Positions 1 through 11,504 are shown, counted from the whole stretch's first letter. The stretch is DNA of 54,893 nt, filler included, from Malacoraja senta (GCA_038087875.1; 3 parts of 3 records of this genome joined end to end with filler, not necessarily neighbours in it); one strand, 5' to 3'. Translations and numbers: made by a program. Notes: a model not told the origin generated them from the letters alone.

Positions 1-72
1 TATCTGTGTATGGATCATGTGGTGGGAAAGTGAATGTGCTTGGACTGATGTCACTGCAAACCTAGTTTAAAG
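1..72 (-). pseudogene. Candidate stalk exon of the MDIR-like receptor, with an in-frame TAG; runs off the window edge
   Basis: Polypyrimidine acceptor gttccctcttgcatttacacag ends at 73. Phase-1 reading gives A-L-N-*(TAG 64-62)-V-C-S-D-I-S-P-S-T-F-T-F-P-P, which is Ser/Thr/Pro-rich after a Cys. Confidence 0.3.
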
Positions 73-376
73 CTGTGTAAATGCAAGAGGGAACTCTATA
101 CAGGATGCTAGCCTACACCAACACTAGGGATTCTATTTCTGGAACCCAACAACCAAGTACTGACAAATGAGCCATAATTCCATATATTAATCTTGATAAA
201 TTAATTAAATAACGTGCAGGGATTTCAGGGTGACGGAGGTTATGAGGAGAAAGCAGGAGAATGGGGAAGATAGATCAGCCATGATTGAATGGTCTATTTC
301 TGCTTCTATCACTTGTAATCTGATGAACCCCCCACCCGCACTTCCCCTTCTTCTCCTCATTCCCCCCACTACTTAC

Positions 377-697
377 CAGTGCCGTTGATTTTCACTAGAA
401 AACTGCAGGGCACGTCACTGCTGGAGATGGACACGTTGACCATTTCACTGGATTTTGTTCCATTATTATTGGAGGCTGTGCAATAATATTGATGGTGCTG
501 GTGTTTGAATGATTGACAATGCAGATCCAGGGCATTTTGGTCTGAGATCTTTGAATCCACAGATGGGGTCTTTTCATACCAGCTGTAGCTAATGGGCGGT
601 GATCCGCTGACCGACTCACATGACACTGTCACTGAGCCCCCGAGACAGGAGACATTGGCTGGTGACAGAAATCCAAGCACAGGAACAGACACGGGGT
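377..697 (-). CDS. C2-type Ig domain exon (FcR-like/MDIR-like), copy 1
   Basis: Acceptor tcctttcccacag| and donor |gtaagt; 321 nt, phase 1-1. Reads DPVSVPVLGFLSPANVSCLGGSVTVSCESVSGSPPISYSWY...YYCTASNNNGTKSSEMVNVS, with the C-W-YxC Ig core. Confidence 0.85.
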
Positions 698-819
698 CTG
701 TGGGAAAGGAGCAAACAGTCAGACAACTGAGTGAACATCTGAAAATCAAACACTCACCAATATCCACCATCTCTGTATCTTAGCCAGAGCCGCCATTTTG
801 GAATCTGACCCATCCATCT

Positions 820-1250
820 ACATAGAATCATAGAGTCATACAACATAGAAACAGGCTCTTCGGTCTAACTTGCCCGTGCTGACCAACACGCCCAATGTAC
901 ACTAGTTCCACCTGCCCTTTCTTGGCCCTTAACCCACTAAACATATCATATTCATGTACATGTCCAATATTTTATTAAATGTTACGATAGTACCTGCCAT
1001 AACTACTTCTGTTGGCAGTTCGTTTCATGTGCCTACCAACCTTTGTGTAAAAACGTTACTCCCCAGGTTCCTGTTAAATCATTCCCCCCTCATATTAAAA
1101 CCATGTCCTCCGGTTCTCGATTTCCCTACTCTGAGCAAAAGGCTGTGTATTAACTCGATCTATTCCTCGCATGATTTTTTACCTGCCATAAGATCATCCC
1201 TCATCCTCCTGCGCTCCAAGAAATAAAGTCCTAATCTGCTCAATCCCTCC
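820..1250 (-). mobile_element. CR1-type LINE 3' fragment
   Basis: The minus strand matches the CR1 RT C-terminus/3'UTR seen elsewhere in the window and has a (CTATGA)-like tail near 825-845. Confidence 0.7.
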
Positions 1251-1886
1251 CTGAGTGTCAAGTCATCGCAACATCCTTGTAAGTCTTCCCTGTACCTTCT
1301 CCTCACAATTTAACAGATTTGAACATCTCTGTGTCTCTCCATCCACCCAGCTGGCAGAACTACCATGTCTGCCACTGCACCAACACACAGCAGCACCATC
1401 TGTCTTTGTTTTATATTTCCAGCATCTGCAGTTAATCTTCTTTTAATCTGAAACTCTGCCACAATTCTACAATACCAACATTCAAACACTTCATTAGTGC
1501 AACAGTATCATTATCAACAACTTTTAAATTTCCTTGTATACAATTGTTGATAGTGATAATGTTGCACTAATGAGGTGTGTGAATGGCGGTATTGTAGAAT
1601 TATGTGTAGGGAGCGAATGGGAAAGTGGAATAACATAGAACTAGTGTGACCGGTGATTGCTAGTCGGTGTGGACTCGGTGGGCCGAAGGATCCATTTCCA
1701 TGTTGCATTTGTAACCTACAACTAAATATCCCGGTGACATTTTTCTGTAACCTCTCCAAACCTTTCACATCTTTTGTTTTATAAAGCGGCGACCAGAACT
1801 GTGCACCAGGCTCCCATATGTGACCCAACAAATGTTTTATGCAGATGCCAAAGTCGAGACATGAAGTCACTCACTGAGAAACCTAC

Positions 1887-2198
1887 CTTCAGATACTTGG
1901 AGATGTACTTTAAATGTTGGTTCGCCAGGTGTAATAATTCCACATCTGTACCATCCTGTAACTCCAGAGTGAAGATCCTCCACAGTCACAGTAAATATTC
2001 CTCGTGCCGGGTTATCTGTGATTGACACTCTTCCGCTCTGTCCATGTTTCCCATTTGTTTCCACTATATGTGTACATTGGCGACTTGTCCCAGGGCACCT
2101 GCATTTTGTGTGTGAGCGGTACACTGCTGCATAGTGACAATCGATTGAGATCGCTCTTCCCACAACCCCTCGTACTTCGCTCTCTGCCCACAGTGCAC
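1887..2198 (-). pseudogene. CD300/pIgR-like V domain exon (MDIR-like), degenerate copy
   Basis: Acceptor tttcag|GT GCA CTG TGG and donor |gtaggt; 312 nt, phase 1-1, open. KYWC has become KCRC (core Trp lost) and DTGWYRC has become VTGWYRC. Confidence 0.8.
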
Positions 2199-3094
2199 CT
2201 GAAACTGAAGGAAAATTCTTTCATAGATTGAAGAGCAAAATTAGTCTTTCACAAACATATACATTATAGTATACATCAATATATACAGGGGAGTCCGCCC
2301 AATGATTTTCTTAACTCTGTTGAATTCCACCTAGATTGCGATGAGAGACAGATACTGTACACCGTCCCTCACCATCTGCACATCGTTCCAAAGCGCTTCC
2401 CAGCCAATGTGGGTGTGAATGGTGAATAATGATGCATTGAACACGGAGCCTGTTGCAATTGGAAGGTAATGTCTTGGGAGTCTTGGTGAGTTGCTGCAGT
2501 GCATCGTGCAGATGGTGCAAACTGCTGCTGCTCTGCATCAACGGGGTGTCTATCAAGTACGACTCTGGGTCATGACAGACCAAACACAAGTGTTCGGCGA
2601 AATTGTAGCCTCGGCCAGTGCTTCTTAAACTGATGAATGGTTTACCCAAGGGCGAATGAAATTATTTTGGGGTGAATGAGTTAATTCATGTTTTTTGCTC
2701 ATGTGACAAAATAAATTATATATAAAATTATGCACACGTGAAAATAAGATGATAATAACCAAAAAAACATAAGAATATTTTGTGGAGGGTGAATTAAATC
2801 TTGTAATAAAGACTCAAGGGTTAATGGCACTGAAATAGTTTAAGAAACGCTGGCATTGTATAAGCTTGGTGTCTCTGATGTAAACCATTCACACTCTATT
2901 CTGGACTTCCAATCTGAACGTCTCCACGCCTACTGGGAGTTCATTTCAAAATTATCTTTGACAAAAGTAAGGGTTATACTTGATGGAGTGACGGCCAAGT
3001 GACTCCACCTAAATTTTGTGAGATTACTGGAATTCCAGTGATTCACACAAATTAACAGAGTTAAAATCATGAACATGATCATGAAATTGTACAT

Positions 3095-3560
3095 AGGTAC
3101 ACAAAAATGCTGGAGAAACTCAGCGGGTGCAGCTGCATCTATGGAGCGAAGGAAATAGGTAACGTTTCGGGCCGAAACCCTTCTTCAGACTGATAGGGGG
3201 TGGGGAGAAGAAAGGAAAAAAGGAAAAGGCGGAGGAGGAGCCCGAGGGCTGGGGGAGGGGAGGAGACAACCAGATGGCTGATGAAGGGGAGGAGACAGCC
3301 AGGGCTTGCAGAATTGGGAGAATTCAACGTTCAGGCCACCAGGATGTAGACTGCCCAAGCGGAATATGAGGTGCATTTCCTCCAATTTACGGTGTTGCTC
3401 GCTGTGGCCATGGAGGAGACCCAGGACAGAGAGGTCAGATACGGAATGGGAGGGGGAGTTGAAGTGCTGAGCCACCGGGAGTTCAGGTTGGTTATTGCGG
3501 ACCGACCGGAGGTGTTCGACGAAACGATCGCCAAGCCTCCGCTTGGTCTCACATCCTTGA
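3095..3560 (-). mobile_element. Penelope-like element fragment (GIY-YIG endonuclease C-terminus plus terminal repeat)
   Basis: ORF 3185..3688 contains ETKRRLGDRFVEHLRSV...HFNSPSH...RKLEEMHLIFRLGSLHPGGLNVEF, typical of PLE endonucleases. It is followed by the CTGAAGA...GAAAC repeat at 3188-3161. Confidence 0.75.
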
Positions 3561-3917
3561 TTGTAAATGATGGCGGATCCAAACAGGATGCATTTGGTTG
3601 CTTTCAATGTCTCAAAGTGACTGTGAGACCTTAAGCGGCAGCCAAGCGGCATTTTTAAGGCAGAAGGCAGACATTTGATGGAGTGCACTCAACCCTTTGT
3701 GACAAGTGCATGTCTTTCTCTCCTTTGCTGAAATTGCTCAACACCTCCATGGTGGAAGCAACGGGCAATTATTTGCCAGTCCCCCAAACAAACTCTCGCA
3801 TTTTACACCATGAGCTCACGGTGGCTGCAATGATGCCGTCTGCAAATAACAAGAAATCCATGAACATCACCACAAGGTGAATAGCAGCAGGTTCAGGGAC
3901 ACGAGAGGAACACTCAC

Positions 3918-4237
3918 CTGCACTGTTCATTTCTGTCACATAACTGCACGTTCCTGCTCCTTTGAAGACTTTCACCTTGACTATTTCACTGGATTTTGTC
4001 TCACGATTATTTGCGGCTGTGCAGTAATATCGAAGGTGTTCACCTCTGAGGATTTCACAACTCAGATCCAGTTGATTGCCTTTCAAGATCGTAGAAACCC
4101 AATGCTCGTTTTCTCAAACCATGTGTAATGGATGGGAAGGGATCCACGGAGAGACTCACAGGATAATGACACTGAGCCTCCAAGACGTGAGGAATTTGCT
4201 GCTGACAGATAACTGAGCACAGGAGCAGACATGGTTT
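3918..4237 (-). pseudogene. C2-type Ig domain exon, copy 2, frameshifted
   Basis: Acceptor ccattcccacag| and donor |gtgagt; 320 nt versus 321 for copy 1. ETMSAPVLSYLS...SCESLRGSLPIHYTWFEK shifts frame at ATT GGG TTT before ILKGNQLDLSC...YYCTAAN. Confidence 0.85.
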
Positions 4238-5152
4238 CTGTGGGAATGGAGCAAATATTCAGTCACCTGTATGAATTGTTAAAAACCAAACACTTGCTAA
4301 ATCTCAGCAGCACTTTATCTCAGCCCGAGCCGTCCGGTTGATACCTCACCGGCTCCTCTACATCTCTGGGAGTGTGCGAAGCGCAGAAACCGAAGAAGGT
4401 TAGAGTTATAGAGAACCGAAAGATGCCCATCACAACAGCTCATTAATGCCGACCAACATGTCTTTCTATGACATTTCCATATGTCCGCGTTTCTCATTTA
4501 TCACTCGCAATGATCCCAATCTACGCAAATATCCAAAATTTATTTTAAACGCTGCTATTCTAACTGCCTCAACAACTTCCCCTGGCAGCAGGTTCCATGT
4601 ACATATTACCCAATGTGTGGAAAATGTTGTCCCTCAGAACATATGTTGGATGTTATGTTTCAGTTGTACATATGTTGTTGAGGTCGAACTTGTGCGAATT
4701 GTGTTCAGCTTCCGCCACTCAGCTGTACAAAACATGCAATTACGGTCAATTGCACCTTACTATTCCTTCCTCTTTAAATAGTTCCCATTACCTCTGTCCT
4801 CCACTTTTTGATTCCACACATCGTGGGAAAATGAACATGCTTCTCGTGATTGTTACATTTCTATAAGTTCCTCTCTCAATCATTTCCACACTAAGGAATG
4901 AAGTCTGAGTTTGTCCAATCGCTCCCTGCGTCAATCCCATCCTGTCCAGGCAACGTCGCCCTTAAACCTTTCTGCTCGCTGTCCATCTCAACTTTTCTTG
5001 GAGCTGAGTGATTGAAGCTGAACACAATTCCCAAAGTGTGGACTGAACATCTGCACGTCTGAAGCATATTATCTCAAATTATATTCTGAATGTTCTCACT
5101 GATGAAGACAAGCGTGCCAAAAACACAATTCAATGCCTTGTAATTTAATCGC

Positions 5153-6440
5153 GAAAACTAATTACGATCGCTTTAAGAGAGACACAAAATGCTGGGGGAA
5201 CTCAGCGGAGCAGGCTGCATCTCTCGAGAGAAGGAGTGCGTGAAGTTTCGGATCGAGACCCTTCTCCAGCCTGACAGTCATGTTCTGGGTGACAGAAGAG
5301 AAATGGAAGGGTAAGATGTTAAAACAAGTGATCAAAGGTGACAATGTTAAAGGGAAATGTAGAATGAATCATTGTCAGCTGAAGGGAAGGTGACAACGAG
5401 GCATACAATCAGTAAAATATTATAAGGTGAATCTAATTGGAGGTTTCGGATGGGGGCGGGATGGAAAGGAGTAAAGCAAGGGTTACTTGAAGTTCGAGAT
5501 GTCAATATTCAAACCGCTGGGTTGTAAGCTGCCCAAGCGAAATATGAGGCGCTGTTTTTCCAATTTGCCTTCGGCCTCACTCTGACACTGGAGGAGGTCC
5601 AGGACGGAAAGATCAGTTTGGGAATGGGAGGGGGAATAAAAGTGTTTAGCAATCGGGATGTAGCGTAGGCCGAGGCAGACTGAGCGGAGTTGTTCAGCGT
5701 AACGATCGCCGAGTCTGCGCTTGGTCTCCCATCTACTATATCCGCTTGTTCACATCTGGAACAGCGGATAGAGTAGATGAGGTTAGAGGAGATGCAAGTG
5801 AACCTCTGCCTCACCCGAAAAAACTGTTGAGGCCCATGGACGGAGTAAAGGGGGGTATATATAGTGACTGGTGTTGCATCTCCTGCAGTTGTAGGGGAAG
5901 GTACCTGGGGACGGGGGGAGGGGGGGGGGACGAGTTGACCAGGGAGTTGCGGAGGGAACGCAAAAAGCGATGGAGATGGAAAGATGTGACTAGTTGTGGC
6001 ATCCCGTTGTAGGTGGCGCAAATGTCGGAGTAATATATGCTGTGTGCGACGGCTGATGGGGCGTAAGATGAGTTTATTCTGCTTACGAACGGGGAAATGT
6101 CCGGGAGGAGAAGCTGGCTGGCTGCCGGGCGGTGGGTGGACAATGGCTGCTGGTAGTGGGGGCGCATTGACTGGGCAGAGGGAGAGAGAGAGCGTGCGCG
6201 GGGTGCGGAGGGGGTGACTGATTCCTGAGGTGGGGGCGGGAAGCGGGCTGGCTGCCCCGGGAGGACTGAACGCAGTCTGTGGAGCTCTGGGGACTGATTC
6301 CCTGTTTATGAATCTGCGGGTATTCAGACGGCGAGCAACACTTGTTTCTCACTGATCTGTCGGATTATTAGTTTGAGTCGGAATGCAAACCTCTGACAGG
6401 GTGATATTTCATACAATTCAGAGGCAGGGAAATGTGTTGA
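5153..6440 (+). repeat. Direct segmental repeat, copy 1 (partner 8064-9345)
   Basis: Colinear similarity from gaaaac.aattacgatc to the cttgtttctcactgatctgtcggattatt...gaaatgtg block. Confidence 0.8.
5170..6075 (-). mobile_element. Penelope-like element fragment (RT C-terminus/GIY-YIG, decayed)
   Basis: Minus-strand ORFs contain HIFPSPSL..., QRFTCISSNLIYSIRCSRC and related PLE motifs, plus a terminal repeat near 5170-5275. Confidence 0.7.
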
Positions 6441-6649
6441 GTGTCTTGAAGTGGGTGGCCGCTCAATGGGACAGAGCCCGCACTGGGTGAGAGCAAACAT
6501 GAGTGGGGTTTCCAGACCCTCGCCCGCTCCCCGCAGGCCTCTGCACTGCTGCGGAGCCTCGAGATATCGGTGCTGCCCTGACCCTTCCCGGAGAAAACAT
6601 GGATCAGGCTTTTCAGTGGAGACATTAAGGCAATCGCTGCGAAACGTAC

Positions 6650-6964
6650 CGTCAGATACTTGGAGATGTACGGGAAACAATGGATGTTCGGTGGATGCTG
6701 TGGTTCCACACCTGTACCATCCTGTATCTCCAGAGTGAAGATCTTCCACAGTCACAGTAAATATTCTTAGTGCCGATATATCTGTGATTGACACTCTTCC
6801 ACTCCGTCCGTGTTGCCCATTTGTTTCCACCATATCTGTACATTGGCGACTCCACCCACGGCACCAGTATTTTGTGTTTGAGCGGTAATCTGCTGCATAG
6901 TGACAATCGATTGTGATCGCTCTTCCCACAACACCTGTTACATTCCTCTCTCCCCATACTGCAG
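6650..6964 (-). CDS. CD300/pIgR-like V domain exon (MDIR-like), intact
   Basis: Acceptor ccctccatttcag| and donor |gtacgt; 315 nt, phase 1-1. Reads AVWGERNVTGVVGRAITIDCHY...KYWCRGWSRQC...GRVSITD...LHSGDTGWYRCG, with the extra C-C' cysteine pair diagnostic of CD300/TREM/pIgR V domains. Confidence 0.9.
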
Positions 6965-8063
6965 CTGAAATGGAGGGGAAAAACTTTCAGATGGAGAGCA
7001 AATGAACTGTTTAATGGTAATAGATACATTTTGAAGATTACATGAAAAACATAATCGTTCCATGATGTGTCATATTGCTTCACGACCAATGTATCCGGTA
7101 TGAAGTGCGGCAGTGCTGTTATTGTATCAGTTGAGTCAGTGTTCTACCCCCCGGTCAGTACAATTTGGGTTCACTTCTCACTCCAGATCCCTCAGCAGAA
7201 ACTGGGCTGGGATTGCAGTGCGGGACTGAGGGAGCGCGGCAGTGTTGCAGGAGCTGCCTATCAACAATCCCAGGCGATACCCGGCCTATTCCCTTCAGAA
7301 AGACCCCATTTTGCTATTTCAGTTTCGGCGCTGCCAACATTCATCTCTCAACCGACACTGGGCCGGACCCGTGTTTAGAAATTCACCGCAACCACTGCCT
7401 TTACAACCCCCTGACTGAGTACGGACGGGTTACAATAAAGCGGGTCCTTACTGGAGAGCGTTACTAGCGTGAAAACGCACACCGCCAGATTCACTGTACG
7501 TCGGTACTCGTGACAATAAACTAAACTGAATTGTGAGCCCAATGTCCCGCTGCTCATCTGGGACAGGTTTTATTCCCAATGACCCCGGCTCGCCCTGGAC
7601 AATTCAGCACGACTGGGCCACGGATCCGAGAGAGGATGGAGAGAGAGTTGGGGGTGGGTGGATAGAGCGAGGACAGTGGTTCAGTCTCAGACTCCGGGGA
7701 ATTGTTGGGTTTGCGACACAGTTGAGCCGGACAAATGCTGGGAATGTTTGAACTGACACAATGAGTCCACAATCCTGACTTCCACCTCCTTGGTAAACAC
7801 ATTTTAAAAGTGTAGAATTAACTTACAGATGACGTTGGAACCTCTCGCCTTCGGTCCAGGTGTCTTGCAGTATCTGCTTCAAATTTCTTCGCTATTTTAA
7901 GCCTTTCATTTATCGTCAGGATGTATTTCGACCATGTGTCAACAGTGGTTAAACTACGAACATTGTGTAGATATTCAAGTGTGATTTCAGATCCATCACC
8001 ACAATGCACCGAGTTCCATTTCCCCCATTACATGTCTACACACACTTAACCATCTCTGCTGTG

Positions 8064-9345
8064 GAAAACGAATTACGATCCCTTTAAGATAGACACAAAA
8101 TTCTGGAGTAACGCAACGGAGCAGGCAGCATCTCTCGAAAGAAGGAATGTGTGACGTTTCGTGTCGAGACCCATCTTCAGCCTGAGAATCATGGGACAGG
8201 GAGACAGAAGATAAATGGAAAGGTAAGGTGTGAAAACAAGTGATCAAAGGTGAAAAGAAAATGGACAATGGATCATTGTGAGCTGAAGGGAAGGTGACAA
8301 CGAGGCATACAATAATTAAAAGAAAATCAGTTTGACTGTGCAACTAATTGGAGAGCTAGGATGGTGGCGGGATGGGGACAGGAGTAAAGCAAGGGTTCCT
8401 TGAAGTTAGAGAAGTCAATATTCAAACCGATGGGTTGTAAGTTGCCCAGGTGCTTTTCCTCCTATTTACGTTGGATAGTGGAGGAGGTCCAGGACAGAAA
8501 GTTGAGTTTGGGGATGGGAGGGGGAATTAAAGTGTTTAGCAATCGGGAAGTAGCGTCGGCCGAAGCAGACTGAGCGGAGTTATTCAGCGAAACGATCGAC
8601 GAGTCTGCGCTTGGTCTAGCCGATATATAGTAGTTCACACCTGGAACAGCGGATGTAGTAGGTGAGCTTGGAGGAGATGCTAGTCAATCCTCACCCGAAA
8701 AGATTGTTGGAGACCTTGGACGGAGTAGAGGAAGGAGGTATCGAGACAGGTGATCCATCTCCTGCAGTTGTCGTGGAAGGTAATTGGGGAGAGGATGTTT
8801 TTTGTTTCGGGGGGGGGGGGGGATGGACGTTGACCAGGGAGTTACGAAAGGAACGGTCTCTTCGGAAAGCAGAAAGCGGTGGAGATGGAAAGATGTGTCT
8901 AGTAGTGGGATCCCGTTGGAGGTGGCGAAAATGTTGGAGGATTATGTGTTGTGTGCGACGGCTGATGGGGTGAAAGATGAGTTTATTCTGCTTAACACCG
9001 GGGAAATGTCCGGGTGGAGAGGTTGGCTGACTGCCGGGCGGTGGGTGGACAGTGGCTGCTGGGGATGGGGGCGCATTGACGGGGCAGAGGGAGAGAGAGA
9101 GAGAGCGCGGGGTTTGGGAGGGAATGACTGATCCCTGAGGTGGGGGCGGGAAGCGGGATGGCCTACCCCGGGAGGACTGATCGCAGTCTATTGAGCTCTG
9201 GGGACTGATTTTTAAAAAACTCTCGGGGTATTCAGACCGCGAGCAACACTTGTTTCTCACTGATCTGTCGGATTATTATTTTGAGTCGGAATGCAAACTT
9301 CTGACAGGGTGACATTTCATACAGTTCAGAGGAAAGGAAATGTGC
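8064..9345 (+). repeat. Direct segmental repeat, copy 2 (contains a PLE fragment on the minus strand, ~8085-8990)
   Basis: Colinear with 5153-6440. Confidence 0.8.
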
Positions 9346-9364
9346 TGAGCATTCCACTTGAAGT

Positions 9365-10702
9365 GAAAAGTGAAGTGAAAGAGAAGTTAAATTCCACTTT
9401 TCAAAAAAGGAGCGAGAGAGAAAGCTGGGAATTACAGACCAGTTAGCCTGACTTCGGTGGTGGGAAAGATGCTGGTGTCAATTATTAAAGAGGTAATAAT
9501 GGGGCATTTGGATAGCAGTAAAAGGATTAGTCCAAGTCAGCATGGAGTTATGAAAGGAAAACCATGCTTGACTAATCTTCTAGATTTTTTTGAGGATGTG
9601 ACAAGTAAAATGGATGAAGGGGAGCCAGTGGATGTAGTGTATATAGACTTTCAGAAAGCCTTTGATAAGGACCCGCCCGGGATACTGGTGACTACAATTA
9701 GAGCGCATGGTATTGGGGGTAGGGTGTTGACGTGGATAGAAGATTGGTTGGCAGACAGGAAGTAAAGAGTAGGAGTGAACGGGTCCTTTTCAGAATGTCA
9801 GGCAGTTGCGAATGGAGTGCCGCAAGGCTCGGTGTTGGGCCGCAACTGTTTACCATATATATTAATGATTTGGAAGAGGGAATTAGGAGCAACACTAGCA
9901 AGTTTGCGGATGACACAAAGCTGGATGGCAGTGTGAACTGTGAAGAGGATGTTAGGAGGTTGCAGGGTGACCAGGACAGGTTGAGTGAGTGGGCAGATGC
10001 GTGGCAGTATAATATAGATAAATGTGAGGTTATCCACTTTGGTGGCAAAAACAAGGGGTAGATTATTATCACAACGGGGTTAGGTTAGGTAAGGGGGAGG
10101 CGCAGCGAGACCTGGGTGTCCTTGTACACCGGTCACTGAAAGTTGGCTTGCAGGTAAGGCAGGCAGTGAAGAAAGCTAATGTAATGTTGGCCTTCATAAC
10201 AAGATAATTTCAGTATAGGAGTACAGAGGTTCTTCTGCAGTTGTATAGGGCTCTGGAAAGACCACAGCTGGAGTACTGCGTACAGTTTTGGTCTCCTAAT
10301 TTGTGGAAGGACATCCTTGTGATTGAGGCAGTGCAGCATAGGTTCACGAGATTGATCCCTGGGATGGCGGGACTGTCTTATGAGGAAAAATTGAAAAGAC
10401 TAGGCTTGTATTCACTGGAGTTTAGAAGGATGAGGGGGGATCTTATAGAAACACATAACATTATAAAAGGACTGGACAAGCTAGATGCAGGAAAAATGTT
10501 CCCAATGTTGGGCGAGTCCAGACCAGGGGCCACAGTCTTAGAATAAAGGGAGGCCATTTAAGACTGAGGTGAGAAAAAACGTTTTCACCCAGAGATTTGT
10601 GAATTTGTGGCATTCCCTGCCAGAGAGGACAGTGGAGGCCAAATCACTGGATGGATTTAAGAGAGAGTCAGATAGAGCTCCAGGGTCTAGTGGAATCAAG
10701 GG
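9365..10702 (+). mobile_element. CR1 LINE, 5'-truncated RT region
   Basis: ORFs give SQHGVMKGKPCLTNLLDFFE, VVYIDFQKAFD, KFADDTKL and RPQLEYCVQFWSP. Confidence 0.92.
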
Positions 10703-10703
10703 T

Positions 10704-11280
10704 GACTTCCGGTGGCGACAGACTTCCGGTGGCGACATGCTTTGCTAGCAGTCGCAAATTTTTTAGCTCCGCTGAAAAAATCGCGTTTTTTTCGCGTTAA
10801 AATCGGGTCTGGAGGTCGGGACCGTTTTTAAAAACTTACCGGAGCTTCATGTCGCGGTGCTGATGACGTCATCAGTAAGCGCCGCGATTTTAACGGAGGG
10901 AAAGTCATTTTAAATGAAAAGTACATCTCCAGGTCAGAGCCCACAGAGGAAAATCTCAAAACATCTGCTGAAGACTCTGGAACAGCAAGAAACTTCAGAA
11001 CTGACCTCTGGAGAGGTCTCTGGAATGGCTACTCGATCTGCAAAAGAGAAAGCCGAAATGGAGGACTTAAGAAACTCGGTAAGAGATATCAAAAATGATA
11101 TGGAAGCTGGGAACAGTAAATTGATGGCCGGTAATGATAAAATACTTGAGGGTATTGAGGCTCTCCAAAAAAGAATTGAAGGTGTGGAAAAAGGATTATC
11201 GATAAAAATTGAAAAGGTGGCAGAAGAGACCATAAAGAGGTTTGAGGCTGTGCACGAAACTGTGGCTGCAAATGCATCTG
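10704..11280 (+). mobile_element. L1/Tx1-like LINE 5' end (CpG-rich 5'UTR plus coiled-coil ORF1 start), cut by the gap
   Basis: Starts GACTTCCGGTGGCG and is CpG-rich. ORF 10914.. encodes a heptad-rich stretch (MEDLRNSVRDIKNDMEAG...IEALQKRIEGVEKG). Confidence 0.65.
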
Positions 11281-11380
11281 NNNNNNNNNNNNNNNNNNNN
11301 NNNNNNNNNNNNNNNNNNNNNNNNTTAATTAATTAANNNNNNNNNNNNNNNNNNNNNNNNNNNNNNNNNNNNNNNNNNNN
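11281..11380. other. Scaffold gap with artificial six-frame-stop linker
   Basis: 44 N + TTAATTAATTAA + 44 N; identical to 43278-43377. Confidence 0.95.
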
Positions 11381-11504
11381 GAAGGGTTTCAGCCCGAAAC
11401 ATTGCCTATTTCCTTCGCTCCATAGATGCTGCCGCACCCGCTGAGTTTCTCCAGCATTTTGTCTACCTTCGATTTTGCAGCATCTGCAGTTCCTTCTTGA
11501 ACAT

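Noticed and set aside
698-800. Possible mini-exon upstream of each C2 exon (gtgagt at 757; gcaagt near 4297)
   Set aside because: It would need a ~60-nt intron, the second copy has GC and stops in all frames, and V-to-C2 splicing is already in frame without it.
3769-3845. Possible terminal exon after C2 copy 2 (DGIIAATVSSWCK...*)
   Set aside because: The acceptor is plausible but the intron is short, the peptide does not align with the candidate stalk at 1-72, and there is no other support.
1887-6964. Calling the V exons a true pIgR orthologue or antigen-receptor V genes
   Set aside because: There is no RSS and each exon ends in a splice donor. The pIgR D1 Ig-binding motif (VNRHTRKYW) is absent, so only a family-level assignment is supported.
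7818-8009. ORF ending at a gtaagt donor as the missing leader exon
   Set aside because: It is not hydrophobic, has no suitable ATG in phase and no acceptor.
10860-10875. CTGATGA in the L1-like 5'UTR as another hammerhead
   Set aside because: It is half of a CRE palindrome, and no stem II or GAAA follows.
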